Positions 25,765 through 38,223 of a DNA stretch of 64,000 nucleotides are shown in pieces. Made by a program: the position numbers and the translations under genes. This DNA comes from Mobula hypostoma (Eukaryota). The notes under the pieces were generated by a model, which saw nothing but the letters and a program-made list of their open reading frames with translations, was not told the DNA's origin and searched no databases. How positions within the stretch are numbered: the stretch's first letter is position 1; every line of letters starts with the position of its first letter. The stretch spans positions 131,876,001 to 131,940,000 of the forward strand of contig NC_086097.1 in assembly GCF_963921235.1 (NCBI RefSeq), in the 5' to 3' direction.

Positions 25765-26274
25765 CTTCCTCCCTTTTAGATTAATGCTGTATAAAACATT
25801 CAATTTCCCTTTCATAAACCCATATTCCAAACAAACATGCCTTCACAATAACGGTCCATAAACTAACTTCACAGTTCTAAAGATTCCACCTTTTGGGTGG
25901 CACTCTGCTTCTTTCAGGAGAGCACCTCTGGACCTGTGAGTGGCATTAGGTTTGGCAGGAGTTTGGATAACGTTCTCATCGCATCTCTGGACCTGTGGAG
26001 TGGTGTTGGGTTGGTAGCTGTCTTGTCTAAGACAACGTTCTCAGTTTATGGAGTCACATTGCTGTCAGCGACATCATCACTGAGAGATATGTCCGGTGAC
26101 TATAATGTGTCCACCTTTTCAGATGCAGTTGACTCAGGTGTATACTTCAGTTGAGCCTCCAGTATCTGGTCCACATGACATCTCCATGTCTGATCTCCAA
26201 CATCTACTGCGGTTCAGTCCTTGTAGCTATCCTGTCCAACCTCAAAGCTCCTTGCTGCTTTGCTTGGCAGCTGG

Positions 26275-26887
26275 CTAAACTGTTTTATTTTGCACTACCC
26301 TCCGTAGATCTGGTTTCAGAATGTCTATGCAGGATCTCAGATTCTTGTTCATGAACAGCATTGCTGGTGTTTGATTTGTTGTTGCATGAACTGTGCTCCG
26401 ATACACAAACAAGAGGTTGTCCACCCTGTGCTGTAGAGAAGTGTCCTCTTTGCCCATCGCTTTAATGGACTTCTTGAAGGTTTGGATAAACTTTCAGCTA
26501 ACCCATTTGTTGCTGGATGGTGAGGAGCTGACTTGAAATATCTGATCCCATTTTTCTTCATGAACATTCTGAATTCTTCTGACATGTATTGTAGACCGTT
26601 GTCACTCACAATTTGTTCTGGTAAGACATTTCTAGCGAAGGTAGTTCTCAGGGTGGAGACAGTCTTTGCAGAGGAAGTTGACTTCATTGGTATCACCTCC
26701 AGCCACTTCAGATGAGTATCCACAGCAATCAGAAGTATGGAGTCCTTGAATGGCCCAGCAAAGTCAATGTGTACTCTTTGCCATAGTGAAGACGGCCACC
26801 TCCATGGGTGTGTTGCTGTCTGTGGGGGTGTATTTTGAACTTTTGACATCCTGAACAGCTTTTGGCCAGGTTTTCAATCTGTTTATC
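26275..26887 (-). pseudogene. Gypsy integrase (decayed)
   Basis: AKSCSGCQ zinc-finger half, WQRVHIDFAGPF, PEQIVSDNG, SAPHHPATNGLAE, YRSTVHATT. Confidence 0.9.
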
Positions 26888-27020
26888 TTCTCAAGCACCT
26901 TCTGATTAGCAATAAGCAGCAGTGGCAGCCTCTGGTTAGTGCTACCATTTAGAAGCAATTGCCTGTTGATGCCACACTGAGAGCTTTGATTGAGTGCCAG
27001 TCTAGTTGGATTTTTCTCAA

Positions 27021-28128
27021 CTATTCACATCCAAAACGTGCTGGCCTTCTACTTTTCAATATATAAAGCTCTAACTGTTGTGTTGGCCTCATATTCACCT
27101 TCAGTTTACCTTTGGGAGGCACATTTTCACCTGTGTAGGTCTTTAGCATCATTGAGGTCTTCTCTAATGGTATCTTAGAAAACAGTCTGTTGTAGTCAGC
27201 CTCTGGAATTATGGACAAAGCTGACCCTGTATCCAGGTCCATTTACAGTTTTACACTGGACACATCTATTGTGATCCATATAATTTTGTGATCCACTTCA
27301 GTTATACTACGAAGCTCTAGGCATAACAGTTCACCTTTGTCAGACTCTATGTTGTCTGATTCCGTTGTACATTTAGTAACTTTATGCATTTGCTTAGGTT
27401 TGTGTTTGAGACTTTTCACTCGATTGTGCTTTTTGACTACCTTGCACACTCTCCCTTGGTGACCTTGTCTGTGACACTTTCTACAGAATTTTTCAATGCA
27501 CCAACAGTCATTTGTATCATGGGAGAATTTGCCACACTGATAATATATTTGGTGTTTTGCACCATTCGGGAACATTTTGTGCATTTTACTTTCTAACCTC
27601 CTTTTCTGTGGTCCTGCTACATCCTTTGCTGCAATCTTTAACGATATTGCAACAGTCAATGCCCATTCTAAGTTTAGGTCTCTTTCTGCCAGTAGCCTCA
27701 TATGAGTGCTTTGACTACGCATGCCACATACAAGCCTATCCCTTAATACAACAGAAAGTCCATCTTTAAAGTCACAGTACTGGGAAAGTTTGTGCAGTTC
27801 TGCAATGTATTCAGAAATACTTTCACCTTTTGACTGGTTCCTTTTGTAAAATCTAAATATCTCAACCATTGCCAACAGTTTGGGCCTCAAGTGATTTTGT
27901 AAAATTGTAACAATTTTGTTGAACATCTTGCTTTTTGGCTTTGCAGGGATTACTAGGTTTCGTAAGAGACGGTACATCTTTGCACCCATTAAGCAAAGAA
28001 TGTAGTGACTTTCTTTTGCTGTTCCACATTGTTTACATTACAATACAGTTCAACCCTCTGGATATATGACTCCCAGCCTTCAATGGTGCTATCAATTTGT
28101 CAATTTCCCCGAACGAAGCCATCACCAT
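27021..28128 (-). pseudogene. Gypsy gag and aspartic protease (decayed)
   Basis: Gag LRDRLVCG and two CCHC-like knuckles (QCGKFSHDTNDC; CRKCHRQGHQGRVC). Protease LDTGSALSII. ATG near 28128. Confidence 0.9.
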
Positions 28129-28287
28129 GTTATTTTCACTTTAAATTCAGCGTATCTTTCATTGTTACTCTAATGTTTATTAGTGTTTGTGACGGTCTTC
28201 CCTGTACTGTTTAACTCTCACTGTTTTGTCCCGTAATCGTACCGTAACTGTCGGTGCAGCTTGTGATATTTTCTCACATTCAGGTTC

Positions 28288-28300
28288 ATACTCATTGCCA
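28288..28300 (-). promoter_or_regulatory. Primer-binding site, tRNA-Ser(GCT)-like, CpG-decayed
   Basis: TGGCAATGAGTAT versus TGGCGACGAGGAT (10/13; two differences are CpG transitions), 3 nt from the 5' LTR. Confidence 0.7.
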
Positions 28301-28303
28301 ATT

Positions 28304-28505
28304 TGTTGTGTCTGTGCACAACAACATATCAATTAAATAAAAGCACACACACGGAAGATGGCTTTTACTGGTGTATTCACATTGCAATGAGAGAAAGTGG
28401 GAACATTGCACATACGAAGACAACAACGCATGTGCAGACAGCAGATCAATATGTAGTGCTAAGGTGGTGGTGGGGAGATTATTGCTCTGAAAAAAATACA
28501 TTACA
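28304..28505 (-). repeat. 5' LTR of the minus-strand Gypsy
   Basis: Direct repeat of 25557-25764, flanked by the TSD and PBS. Confidence 0.88.
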
Positions 28506-30519
28506 GTAGCTAAGCCACATGTGAAGGCTAGGAGCAGGACTTGGTTGTCAAAGGCTATTTGTGGCACACACCACTGGGAGCACTTAATAGGTAGTGGGAG
28601 CTTACCCCATTACCACCCCTGGCTATAACAGCCTTAAAGAACCGATCTGGAAATACAGATCCATAATTCCTTTGAAGTGGCATTCTGATAGATAGGGTTG
28701 TAAAAAGAGCTCTTGACACATTGGCCTTCATAAATCAAAGTATTGAGTACAAGAGTTGGGATTGTATATTGAAATTGTGTAAGACGTTGGTGAGGCCTAT
28801 TGTAGAGTACTGAGGGCTGTTCTGGTTAGCTACGTACAGGAAAGATATCATTAAGATCGAGAGAGTACAGAGAAAATTTACAAGGATGTTGTTGGGCCTT
28901 GAAGACCTGAGTTATAGGGAGAGGTTTAATAGGTTAGAAATTTATTCCCTGCAGCATAGGAGAATGAATGAAGATTTGATAAAGGTTAACAAAATTATGA
29001 GGGGTATAAGAAGGGTAAATGCAAGGAGCAATTTTCCATTGAGGTTGGTGAGACTAGAATCAGAGGTCATGGGTGAACGGTGAAAGGCAAAATGTTTAAG
29101 GGAAACATGATGGGGAAGTTTCTCACTCAGAGGTTGATGGAAGTTTGGAATGAGCTGCCAGCTGAAATGAAAGATGCAGGTTTGATTTCAGCACTTAAGA
29201 GAAGTTTGGATAAGTATATGGATGGGAAGGATATGAAGGGTTATGTACAGATGCAGGTCAATAGGAGAAGGCAGAACAATAGTTCAGCATAGACTAGATG
29301 GTCCAAAGGGCCTCCTTATATTGCGTACTTCTCTATGACACTGGGGGAGTGCTGCCTGCTTGAGTGAGTAGAGGAAGCAGGGTTGCTGACAGCATTTATG
29401 AAGTGGCATGTCACGCATTGAATTTGTCTTGTCAAAGAGGGCTATGGGTCAAGTGCTGGAAGATGGATTTAATGCTGATGGATGCCCACTGGTCAGCATG
29501 GATATGTGGGCTGAATCGCCTGTTTCTGCAATGTATGACATGAAATAATCACTCACATACACAAACTTTAAGAATATCAGACAACATCATGCGGTTACAA
29601 AAACCCTATGTCAGAAATATTGTATGCATTTGAAGTACTCAGAAAATGAAGTACTTGCAATTAAGATATAGTTACTTTAGGAGCAACGTTTGCACAATTC
29701 AAAGTTTAATAAAGTAGCATAAAAGCATATTTCAACAGATTTATTTAACATCATAAAATGTCCATTAAATAAGTGCTAAGCAAATCCATTAAGGGATTTA
29801 AATCATCACTGTAGATTTTCATCTGGTATCTTCAAGTAGAAATTAATTGCCACTGCTTTGTTTGCATTCCCCTTTATTCTGCCTGTCTTGAAATTCTCTT
29901 TATGGGGAACAGCTGCCATCTCGAACCTGATTAACAGATAGGCAAGAACAGTTTATGGCCCACATCAGGTTTAGTTCACAAATCACAAAGCTTCAAAAGA
30001 CCAGAACGCACATAAAACAATCCGTATACAAAACCATTAGATTAAAAGCATATTAATGCTTGGGAAGAGTTAATATTACAGCATTAATGAAATTTCCTTC
30101 CCCACTACCATTCATGGCAATTATGCGTGACGTGAAATTTATTTCCATCACTGGCGCCATCATGTATATACTCTGTGAGGTTTGTGTAATAAATAAAACT
30201 ATTGTAAACCATGGCATTAACCATATGGCAATCTCACTGGAGTCTCCCGAGTTTGTACTGTAACCTAATGGACTTGGATAGAACTGCTGCTGTTATCATT
30301 TGTTCTGATCATCCACTTTGGTGTATTTACTTAGAAAAGGAAAAAAAAAGCTTTTGATCAGCTCACAATGAGGAATAAACACATTAGAGCAATCTCCTGA
30401 AATCCATTAATTTTTCATTCACTTTGCTGGTATAACAGGAATGGACTCAAGTTTAGAACTGGTGCCTGCTTAGTTCTGGTATTGATGCTGAAGTCAGGGT
30501 CTTCTGTAGCATAGATTCC

Positions 30520-30970
30520 TCTGCCAAGCACAAGGAAGTGCAGAGAATTATGAATGTAGGCCAGTCCATCTATACTTCCCGATGCCAACATAATCAAAAC
30601 CCCTCCCACTCTAGTTATTCTCTCTTCTCACTCCTCCCATTGGGCAGGAAATACAAAAGCTTGAAAACATGTACTGGCAAGCTCAAAGACAACTTCAATC
30701 CCACTGTTACAAGACTCTTGAATGGATCTCTTGTCAATAATGATGAACTCTTGACATCACCATCTACCTTGTTACGGCCTTGCTCCTTATTGTTTGCCTC
30801 GTCATTCGTTCTCTGTAACATTATATTCTGCATTCTGTTATTGCTTTTTCCTTGTACTACCTGGATGTACATACTGTACGTTTTGAAATATGTCTGTAGA
30901 TGGTATTGAAAACAAAGCTTTGCACTGTACTTCTGTATTATGAAACAATAATAAAATAATTCACAATTAC
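30520..30970 (+). mobile_element. Rex1/Babar 3' fragment
   Basis: PSHSSYSLFSLLPLGRKYKSLKTCTGKLKDNFNPTVTRLLN; AATAATAAA tail. Confidence 0.75.
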
Positions 30971-31559
30971 TGTAGGGTAAATCTTAGGAAGGTGCATCTC
31001 AAGTGAAAATTCTGCGTGAATCAAGATGTTCTAGCATTGAATCTACACTGGAGGCCAGGTTCTGAAAATGTTAGAACCACCGATGTGTTATTGACTGACA
31101 CTCATATCTCTCTACGAGTGTCATTTCTCCCAGTCCACAACACATCCTGATCTCCAAACACCTCCAAATCTATCTGTTCTTGCATTTTATCACTCCAGCA
31201 TTGTTGGGCTGGCATCCAGCTCTGAAAGCTTTACTCCCTGTAATTTCTTCCTTAACTCTCTCATCCTATCCTGCTTTCTTTCAGATGCTCCCTAAAATCT
31301 ATGTCTTTTTGAACAGTGAGAAAGTTGTGTTGGTCCAGGACGGGCTCTAGAGTAGGTTCACAAGAATAATTCCTTAATGAAAGGCTTAACATATGAGAAG
31401 CTTGACGGCTCTGGGCTGGTGGTTGCAGGAGGAACTCAGTGGCTTGAGCAGCACTAATGGGGGCCAGAGGATGGCAATTGGACAGTATGGGTGAAAGGAA
31501 TTGTTGATGTTTCAGTTGGAAACCCTGGATCAAGATACCAGCTGGATTTTTCAGATGAT

Positions 31560-32645
31560 TTGGATTCGAATCATACAGTGAATTGCTGTAACAACCAATA
31601 CACCCTAGGATGTGCTGGAAGAAGTCTACAAGTATTTTCACACATTTCAGCCCCAACATAGTATGCCTACAATACTCAGCAGACAACACAAGCAGCAACA
31701 ACACTGGCAGCAACAAAACAAGGCAACAATAGCACAATAAGTCTCTTTCTCACCTAAACTACCCACCAACCCACTCACACACACAGACAGGCCTTCAACC
31801 CTAGTACAAGCAACCTCTGGGCCTTCAGTCCTTGACCCTGGACTGTCAGACTCACGGGTATCTGGTCTCCAACCTCCAGTGACCTTCAGGCCTCTACCTC
31901 TGCACGCGCGGAGCTCGAGACTACAATCTTTGGCTTTGCCTTACAGATTTTGCCGATGTCTGGATATTGATCCCAGGACTTAGAATCAGAGTCATAGAAA
32001 AGTACAGCACAGAAAAAGGCCCTTTGACCTATCTAGTCCATGCTGAAACTATTTAAACTACCTATTCTCAATGACCTGCACCGAGACCATAGCCTTCATA
32101 TCCTTACTATTCACATACCTATACAAATTTCTCCTAAATGTTGAAATTGAGCTCACATGGACCACTTGTGCTAGCAGCTCATTCCATGCCCTCATGATGT
32201 GTTAATCATGACCTTACCCTTTGGGTCTTGACACCAGGATCATGGGTTTGACATTTTGGGCTAGTGTCCTGCATTTGCACGGACCTCCGACCCCAGTGAC
32301 CTGGGGTGTGCATCACCAGCCCTTGCAACTCCTGCCCATATGGATTTCTGACCTGGGACTTTCCAACTTGGGAGATTACTGGTCTCCTTAGTGCCTGTCA
32401 ACTGGTCCTCTGGAATCAATGACCTTTGACTGCAGAGTACTCTGACCTGGACACCGAGCACTGGCTCCTGCCCTGGTACTGAAATGAGAGGCCCTGACCT
32501 CTAACTCCACTTCATTAATGTCCCTAAACCCTAATCTGACCATAATCCCTATATTGTCCCCAAACCCATCCCTACAAATCTTAGAAAATAACTTAAGTCT
32601 GAACTATAATATTAACAGACAGCACAGCTTGGCACCATCTTGGCC
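31560..32645 (-). mobile_element. Putative non-autonomous retroelement with internal degenerate repeats; nested CR1 3' end at about 31985-32200
   Basis: LINE-like 3' block (CCCTAGGATGTGCTGG...CCAACATAGTATGCC), repeated GACC(T/C)...CC(T/C)GGAC units, 5' CCAAGATGGTGCC on the minus strand. Confidence 0.45.
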
Positions 32646-32819
32646 ACATGTTCAACAAGATCCATATCAAAAGGTGAGTTGAAAGATAAGAACTCGTATG
32701 TTGAAGGTAAAATATTAGCATGGGTGGAGGATTGACAATAGCTGTAAAGAGTGGGTCGGAATAAGGAGGAGGCACTTTCAGTTTGAAAACATGAACAAGT
32801 GTGATGCAGCAGCTATCAC

Positions 32820-34527
32820 AGAAACATAGAAAACCTACAGCACAATACAGGCCCTTCGGCCCACAAAACTGTGCCGAACATGTCCTTACCTTAGAAATTA
32901 CCTAGGGTTACCCATAGCCCCCTATTTGTCTAAGCTCCATGTACCTATCCAGCAGTCTCTTAAAAGACCCTATCGTATCTGCTTCCACCAATGTTGCCGG
33001 CAGCTCATTCCACGCACTGACCACTCGCTGCGTAAAAATCGTACTCCTGACATCTCCTCTGTACCTACTTCCAAGCATCTTAAAACTGTGCCCTCTCGTG
33101 CTAGCCATCTCAGCCCTGAGAAAAAGCTTCTGACTATCCACAAGATCAATGCCTCTCATCATCTTGTACACCTCTATCAGGTCACCGCTCATCCTCCATT
33201 GCTCCAAGGAGAGAAGGCCGAGTTCACTCAACCTATTCTCATAAGGGGGAGGGAGGGAGGGGAGGGGAAGGAACGTCGACTCAGACCATGAAAGGCCTGC
33301 ATCGGGCATTTTCATGCCTTACATAAGGCATGCTCCCTAATCCAGGCAACATCTCTGTAAATCTCCTCTGCACCCTTTCTATGGTTAACACATCCTTCCT
33401 GTAGTGAGATGACCAAAGCTGAGCACAGTACTCCAAGTGGGGTCTGACCAGCGTCCTATATAGCTGGTACATTACTTCTCGGCTCTTAAACTCAATCCCA
33501 CGATTGATGAAGGCCAATGTACCGTATGCCTTCTTAACCACAGAGTAAGCTTTGAGTGTCCTATGGACTTGGACCCCAAGATCCCTCTGATCCTCCACAC
33601 TGCCAAGAGTCTTACCATTAATGCTATATTCTGCCATCATATTTGACCTACCAAAATGAACCACCTCACATTTATTTGGGTTGAACTCCATCTGCCACTT
33701 CTCAGCCAGTTTTGCATCCTATCAGTGTCCCGCTGTAAACTCTGACAGCCCTCCACACTATCGATAACACCTCCAACCTTTGTGTCATCAGCAAATTTAC
33801 TAACCCATCTCTCCACTTCCTCATCCAGGTCATTTATAAAAATCACGAAAAGTAGGGGTCCCAGGACAGATCCCTGATGCACACCACTGACCTCCATGCA
33901 GAATATGACCTGTCTACAACTACTCTTTGCCTTCTGTGAGCAAGCCAGTTCTGGATCCACAAAGCAATGTCCCCTTGGATCCCATGCCTCCTTGCTTTCT
34001 CAATAAGCCTTGCATAGGGTACCTTATCAAATGCTTTGCTGAAATCCATATACACTACATCTACTGCTCTTCCTTCATCAATGCGTTGAATCACATCCTC
34101 AAAAAAATCAATCAGGCTCGTAAGCCACGAGCTGCCTTTGACAAAGCCATGCTGACTATTCCTAATCATATTATGCCTCTCCAAATGTTCATAAATCATG
34201 CCTCTCCAGATCTTTTCCATTAACTTACCAACCACTGAAGTAAGACTCATCGGTCTATAATTTCCTCGGCTACCTCTACTCCCTTTCTTGAATAAGGGAG
34301 CAACATCCGCAGCCCTCCAATCCTCTGGAACCTCTCCCGTCCCCATTGATGATGCAAAGATCATTGCCAGAGGCTCAGCAATCTCTTCCCTCGCCTCCCA
34401 CGGTAGCCTGGGGTTAATCTCATCTGGTCCTGGTAACTTATCCAACTTGAAGCTTTCTAAAACCTCCAGCATATCCTCTTCCTTAATATATACATGCTCA
34501 AGCTTTTCAGTCCGCTGTAAGTCATCA
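32820..34527 (-). mobile_element. CR1 LINE, 5'-truncated (RT domain and 3' end)
   Basis: [65 protein letters not shown]; (CATAGAAA)n tail. Confidence 0.95.
33247..33321 (-). mobile_element. 75-bp insertion (probable SINE 3' tip with (CCCT)n tail) inside the CR1
   Basis: 7-bp TSD CATAAGG at 33240-33246 and 33322-33328. Removing it restores the CR1 ...SMPYENRL sequence seen at 52537-52560. Confidence 0.75.
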
Positions 34528-34999
34528 TTTCTGGGTTCGCAGTTGTTTACAACATAAGTATAAAAAACTCGAGGAAAGAAGCAAATGGACAGTAGGCATA
34601 TTTGCGGTGATACAAACTTGTGTGGAGAAGTAAAGAAGATACAGACAACATACAGAGAGACAATTTGGGCTTTTGGGAATGGATGCAATGTTTGTAAAGG
34701 AGAATAATTTATGAAAATGTGACATTGTTCACTTTGAAAGGAAGACTGCTTGAATTATTAGTTACAAGGAGAAAGACTGCAGAAAGCAGCAGCACAAAAG
34801 GATTTGAAGTCTTTGTGTAAAAAATACACAAATTTAGCATGGGAAGGCTAAAGGAATCCTGACTTTTACTTGAAGGTCATTGGATTACTTAAACAGGGAA
34901 GCCTTACTGCAAAATAATACAAGACCTCTTCTAGAGCACCAAGGAGAGTCTGAGTTCCCATACTTAATTAAAGGTATATTATTATTGTAGCTAGTTCAC

Positions 35000-35600
35000 G
35001 TTCAAGTTTAATTGTCATTCAACCATACATGAATACCCACAAATACAGACACAGTGCAAAACACAGTACCAACAGTACACAGCACAAGGCATGTATTGCA
35101 CTTATAAGATAGCAAGCATAAATGAGATAGCAGAAAAATATAGTCACACAAAGAAAGTCCAAGTTCCCGAGTCCATGAATGTTGCAAACAGTCTGCAGTC
35201 GAACACATAACAGCTTGTCTTCTGCTGAGTGGACACTAGGGGCAGTACCAACTCCAGCATGGAAGCCACGCCAGACTGCCATCAGCACTCCGGTGCAGCG
35301 CTCCATTCCAGTGCCTCCACTTGGGTGTCTGCAAACAGGCAATACCACGGCTTGTGGTTTAGTCCTCTCTATGACTGAGACCATGCCATTCTCCCGCCAT
35401 TCACCAATAAAGCAGTGATTTGGACTTGCAGTATTCCACACCACAAGATCACGGGAAAAGCAACTAAGACAATCTTTCTCTGTTAGACTGCATATCTCCT
35501 TCATGCACTGACGCCTCTCAGACAGCATCATGGTCTGCACCGTCCAACTCCTTCAGCTCTTCCACTAGTGACTAACTCGCTGATGGGGATCAACCTGCAG
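35000..35600 (-). mobile_element. Non-coding Rex1-tailed repeat interrupting a CR1 fragment (about 34700-34995 and 35605-35920)
   Basis: GTTCACGTTCAAGTTTAATTGTC tail like the Rex1 tails elsewhere in the window; CR1-like sequence on both sides. Confidence 0.45.
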
Positions 35601-35922
35601 TAAAGTGTGGGGTGACCTTCAGAGAAGGTTCACTGAGATATCTTCTGGTATGGGGGGGGTATTATATTATGAACAGTGTTGAATCTGTACTCACCGAAGT
35701 TCAGAAGAATTAAAAACCTCCTTATTTAAAGAAACATAAGAATCATGATCAAGTCTCAGGTTGAAGGGCAGTCTCAGAATAAAATGGAACATTCGTTTAA
35801 GACTTGGGTGAGGAAGAGTATTTTTTTCTCTCAGAAGACTGAGAATCTTTGCAATTCCTTGTACAGAAAACCAGAGGCTAGGTGCTTGAATATATTTAAC
35901 AGTGAAATAGATATATCATTGT

Positions 35923-36828
35923 CACAATAGATTCTGCAGATGCGGAAAATCAGAGTAACACACAAAAAAAAGCTGGAGGAACTCAGCAGGTCAGGCAGAA
36001 TCTCTGAAAATGAATAAACAGTCGATGGGCAGGTGTAGCATTTCTGTCACTTGCAGAAAATCTGTCCATTCTCCTCGTCCCTCGCCTTCATTCAGGCCTC
36101 CAAACCGTCCTTCCAGGTGAGACAACACTTCACCTGCAAATCTGTTGGGATCATGTACTTTATCTGGAGCTCCAGATGCAGCTTCCTCTACATTGGTGAA
36201 ACCTGACATAAATGCACTTTGTTGAGCACCTCTGCTCCATATGCAAAAAGAGGAAATTCCCAGTTGCCAACCATTTTAATTCCAATCCCGATTTGCATTC
36301 TGACATGTTGGTCCATTGCCTCCTCTTCTGCTATACTGAAGCCACTCTCAGGGTGGAGGAGTAACATCTCATACTCCACCTAGGCAGCCTCTAACCTGAT
36401 GGCATTAACATCGATTTCTCCTTTCGGTAATATATTCCCCACTCCCTTCCCTCTTCTTCTATGAACCACTCTGGCCTCTTACCTCTTCTCCTGTCTTGCC
36501 TATCATGTCCCCTTGGTGTCCCTCCTTCTTCTCTTTCTTCCATGGCCCTCTCTCCTCTCCTGTCAGACTCCTTCTTCCTCAGCCCTTTGCCTTTTACACC
36601 TATCACCTCTTAGTTTCTTACTTCAACCTCCCTCTCCTGTAAACCTGGTTTCACCTATCACCTTCTAGCTTATCATCCTTTCACTCCCTCCACCTTTTTA
36701 TTCCAGCATCTTTCCTCTTTCCTTTCCAGTCCCGGTGAAGGGTCTTGGCCTGAAATGGTGACTTATTCATTTCCACAGATGCTGCCTGACTTGCTGAGTT
36801 CCTCCAGCATTTTGCGTGTGCTTTTCTG
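35923..36828 (+). mobile_element. Penelope-like element: GIY-YIG 3' part with inverted terminal segment
   Basis: CCTTCCAGGTGAGACAACACTTCACCTGC...CTCTACATTGGTGAAACC (YIGET), GAGGAGTAACATCTC. Terminal block inverted at 35923-36030. Imperfect flanking repeat GATATATCATTGT/GATATATTATTAT. Confidence 0.8.
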
Positions 36829-37179
36829 GATATATTATTATTCAGTTAGGAAATTGAAGGTTATAGGCAAAAGATGAGAACGCGAGTTTGAGGAAAGATG
36901 GATCAACCATCACCCCATTGAAGGGCAAATTCCTGCAAACTGTTTTGTGTGTTGCTCTGGATTTTCTGCATCTGCCGAATGTCTTGGGTTTATGATCATG
37001 GCCAACTTTTCAGAAGTGGTGCTGGAGTTCTTTCTGGTTTGAATTCCCACCTCCCTCTTCCACAACAATATTTCATCTTCCAGGATGAATATCGTCCATC
37101 TTTCACTCATCCAGAAAGAGCCTTCCCAGTTACTCCTGGTCTGCATCCTCCTCCTCCAGCCCTTGACTACTGATCAATG

Positions 37180-37700
37180 GGGAATGATAGATCCACATAG
37201 CGTGATCAAGTGAATTTTGGGCTTCTGCATTTTCCAACTATTCAAACCCAACACTCATGCTGCAATGCTGCTCTTCATCTCCAACAAATCTTCCACTAGA
37301 GTGGGGTTAATCTTCAGGGCAAATGGTAAATTGATCAACTTATGCCACTTCCATCCCAGAACCAAGTTCAGCTGCAATATGCGGGCAATGTTTTCATCTG
37401 TATAGGGTCAGAGTTCCAGGTGATTGTTTATTCATTCATTGTAGCTCATGCAAAATTACCCTTCCATTTAACATCCCAAAGTATCCAAATCAACCTGACC
37501 CCCCCCCCCCATTGTACTATGCTATCATGTAACAATAAAGATCTATGTCTTGATCTTAGAAAATGTGGACCACTTCCTATATCTTGGAATATGTCTCAAT
37601 GAAGGCAGACATCAGAGAAAAAATCTTCCATTGCCCGCAATGTACCATCACCAATTTTGGCCTTCTGAGGAAGAGTGTGTTTGATGATCAAACCTACGGG
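37180..37700 (+). mobile_element. RTE (BovB-like) RT remnant
   Basis: AAMLLF...VGLIFRANGKLINL..HPRTK, LQYA, KADI, FGLLRKSVFDDQ. Confidence 0.6.
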
Positions 37701-37976
37701 GATAAACCAAAATGCCAAGGGAATATTTTGGAGGCTAGTTCAGCACAACATTGTAGGCCAAAGGGACTGTTCCTGTGCTGTATTGTTCCATGATCTATAT
37801 TTTCTGATAGGGTAATTCGTCTTGGTGTATAAGCCAAAATCTAATCTTGAAGCACCTTTCTCAAATGGTTCACTTTCATAGTGCTCTTTGATAGAGTATG
37901 CTGAGTGAAAATTGGATTCATTTTTTCCACAATATAACGCAATGAATATTTCAATGACTTTAAAGCAGTTGGTACG

Positions 37977-38223
37977 TACTGAGTATTTAATATTTCAGTA
38001 GTATTTGAGTAATAATAAAAATGTTTTGTTTGATTAAGCATTCTTGTTCATTTAAATAATTTATTATGAGAGTTGAAAAACAAATTAATTGCATACATCA
38101 TGACGATGCCACATGATTTGCGTGTGCCTTGCTTAAAGTAAACATGAAGTTAGTAACATTGTTCTGGACTCCCTTGTTTTTATTTCAATTACTTTTTATA
38201 TTTTGGAGTTACAAAATATAATA
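37977..38223 (+). repeat. 5' LTR
   Basis: Shares TTGTTTGAT.AAGC.TTCTTGTTCATT, CATACATCATGA and TTTGGAGTTACAAAA.ATAA.A with 43875-44104. Roughly 70-75% identical by eye. Confidence 0.8.

Larger units (their letters stand above)
25557..28505 (-). mobile_element. Internally deleted Gypsy LTR retrotransposon (gag-protease-integrase; no RT/RNase H)
   Basis: LTRs 25557-25764 and 28304-28505 (TG...CA), perfect 5-bp TSD GTAGC (25552-25556, 28506-28510), PPT 25765-25777, PBS 28288-28300. Confidence 0.92.
25119..28643. mobile_element. About 570-bp non-coding repeat (RTE 5'-UTR-like), split by a Gypsy element
   Basis: 25119-25556 and 28511-28643 join across the GTAGC TSD (GGCTTAGTAGC|TAAGCCAC). Resemblance to RTE-associated sequence is from memory. 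Confidence 0.5.
24965..29345 (+). mobile_element. CR1 fragment split into about 24965-25118 and 28644-29345 by nested insertions
   Basis: Left piece ends ...AGTGTGGTAGAAGAAGG. Right piece resumes GATCTGGAAATACAG, restoring the CR1 V-E-Q-R-D-L-G region, then RRMNEDLIKV and the 3' UTR. Confidence 0.8.

Noticed and set aside
31815..32500. CRISPR-like repeat-spacer array
   Set aside because: Units are irregular and degenerate, the context is eukaryotic, and there are no cas genes.
35019..35540. 173-aa ORF (and 186-aa ORF at 57362-57922)
   Set aside because: Both lie within repeat-tailed non-coding elements, with no domain similarity.
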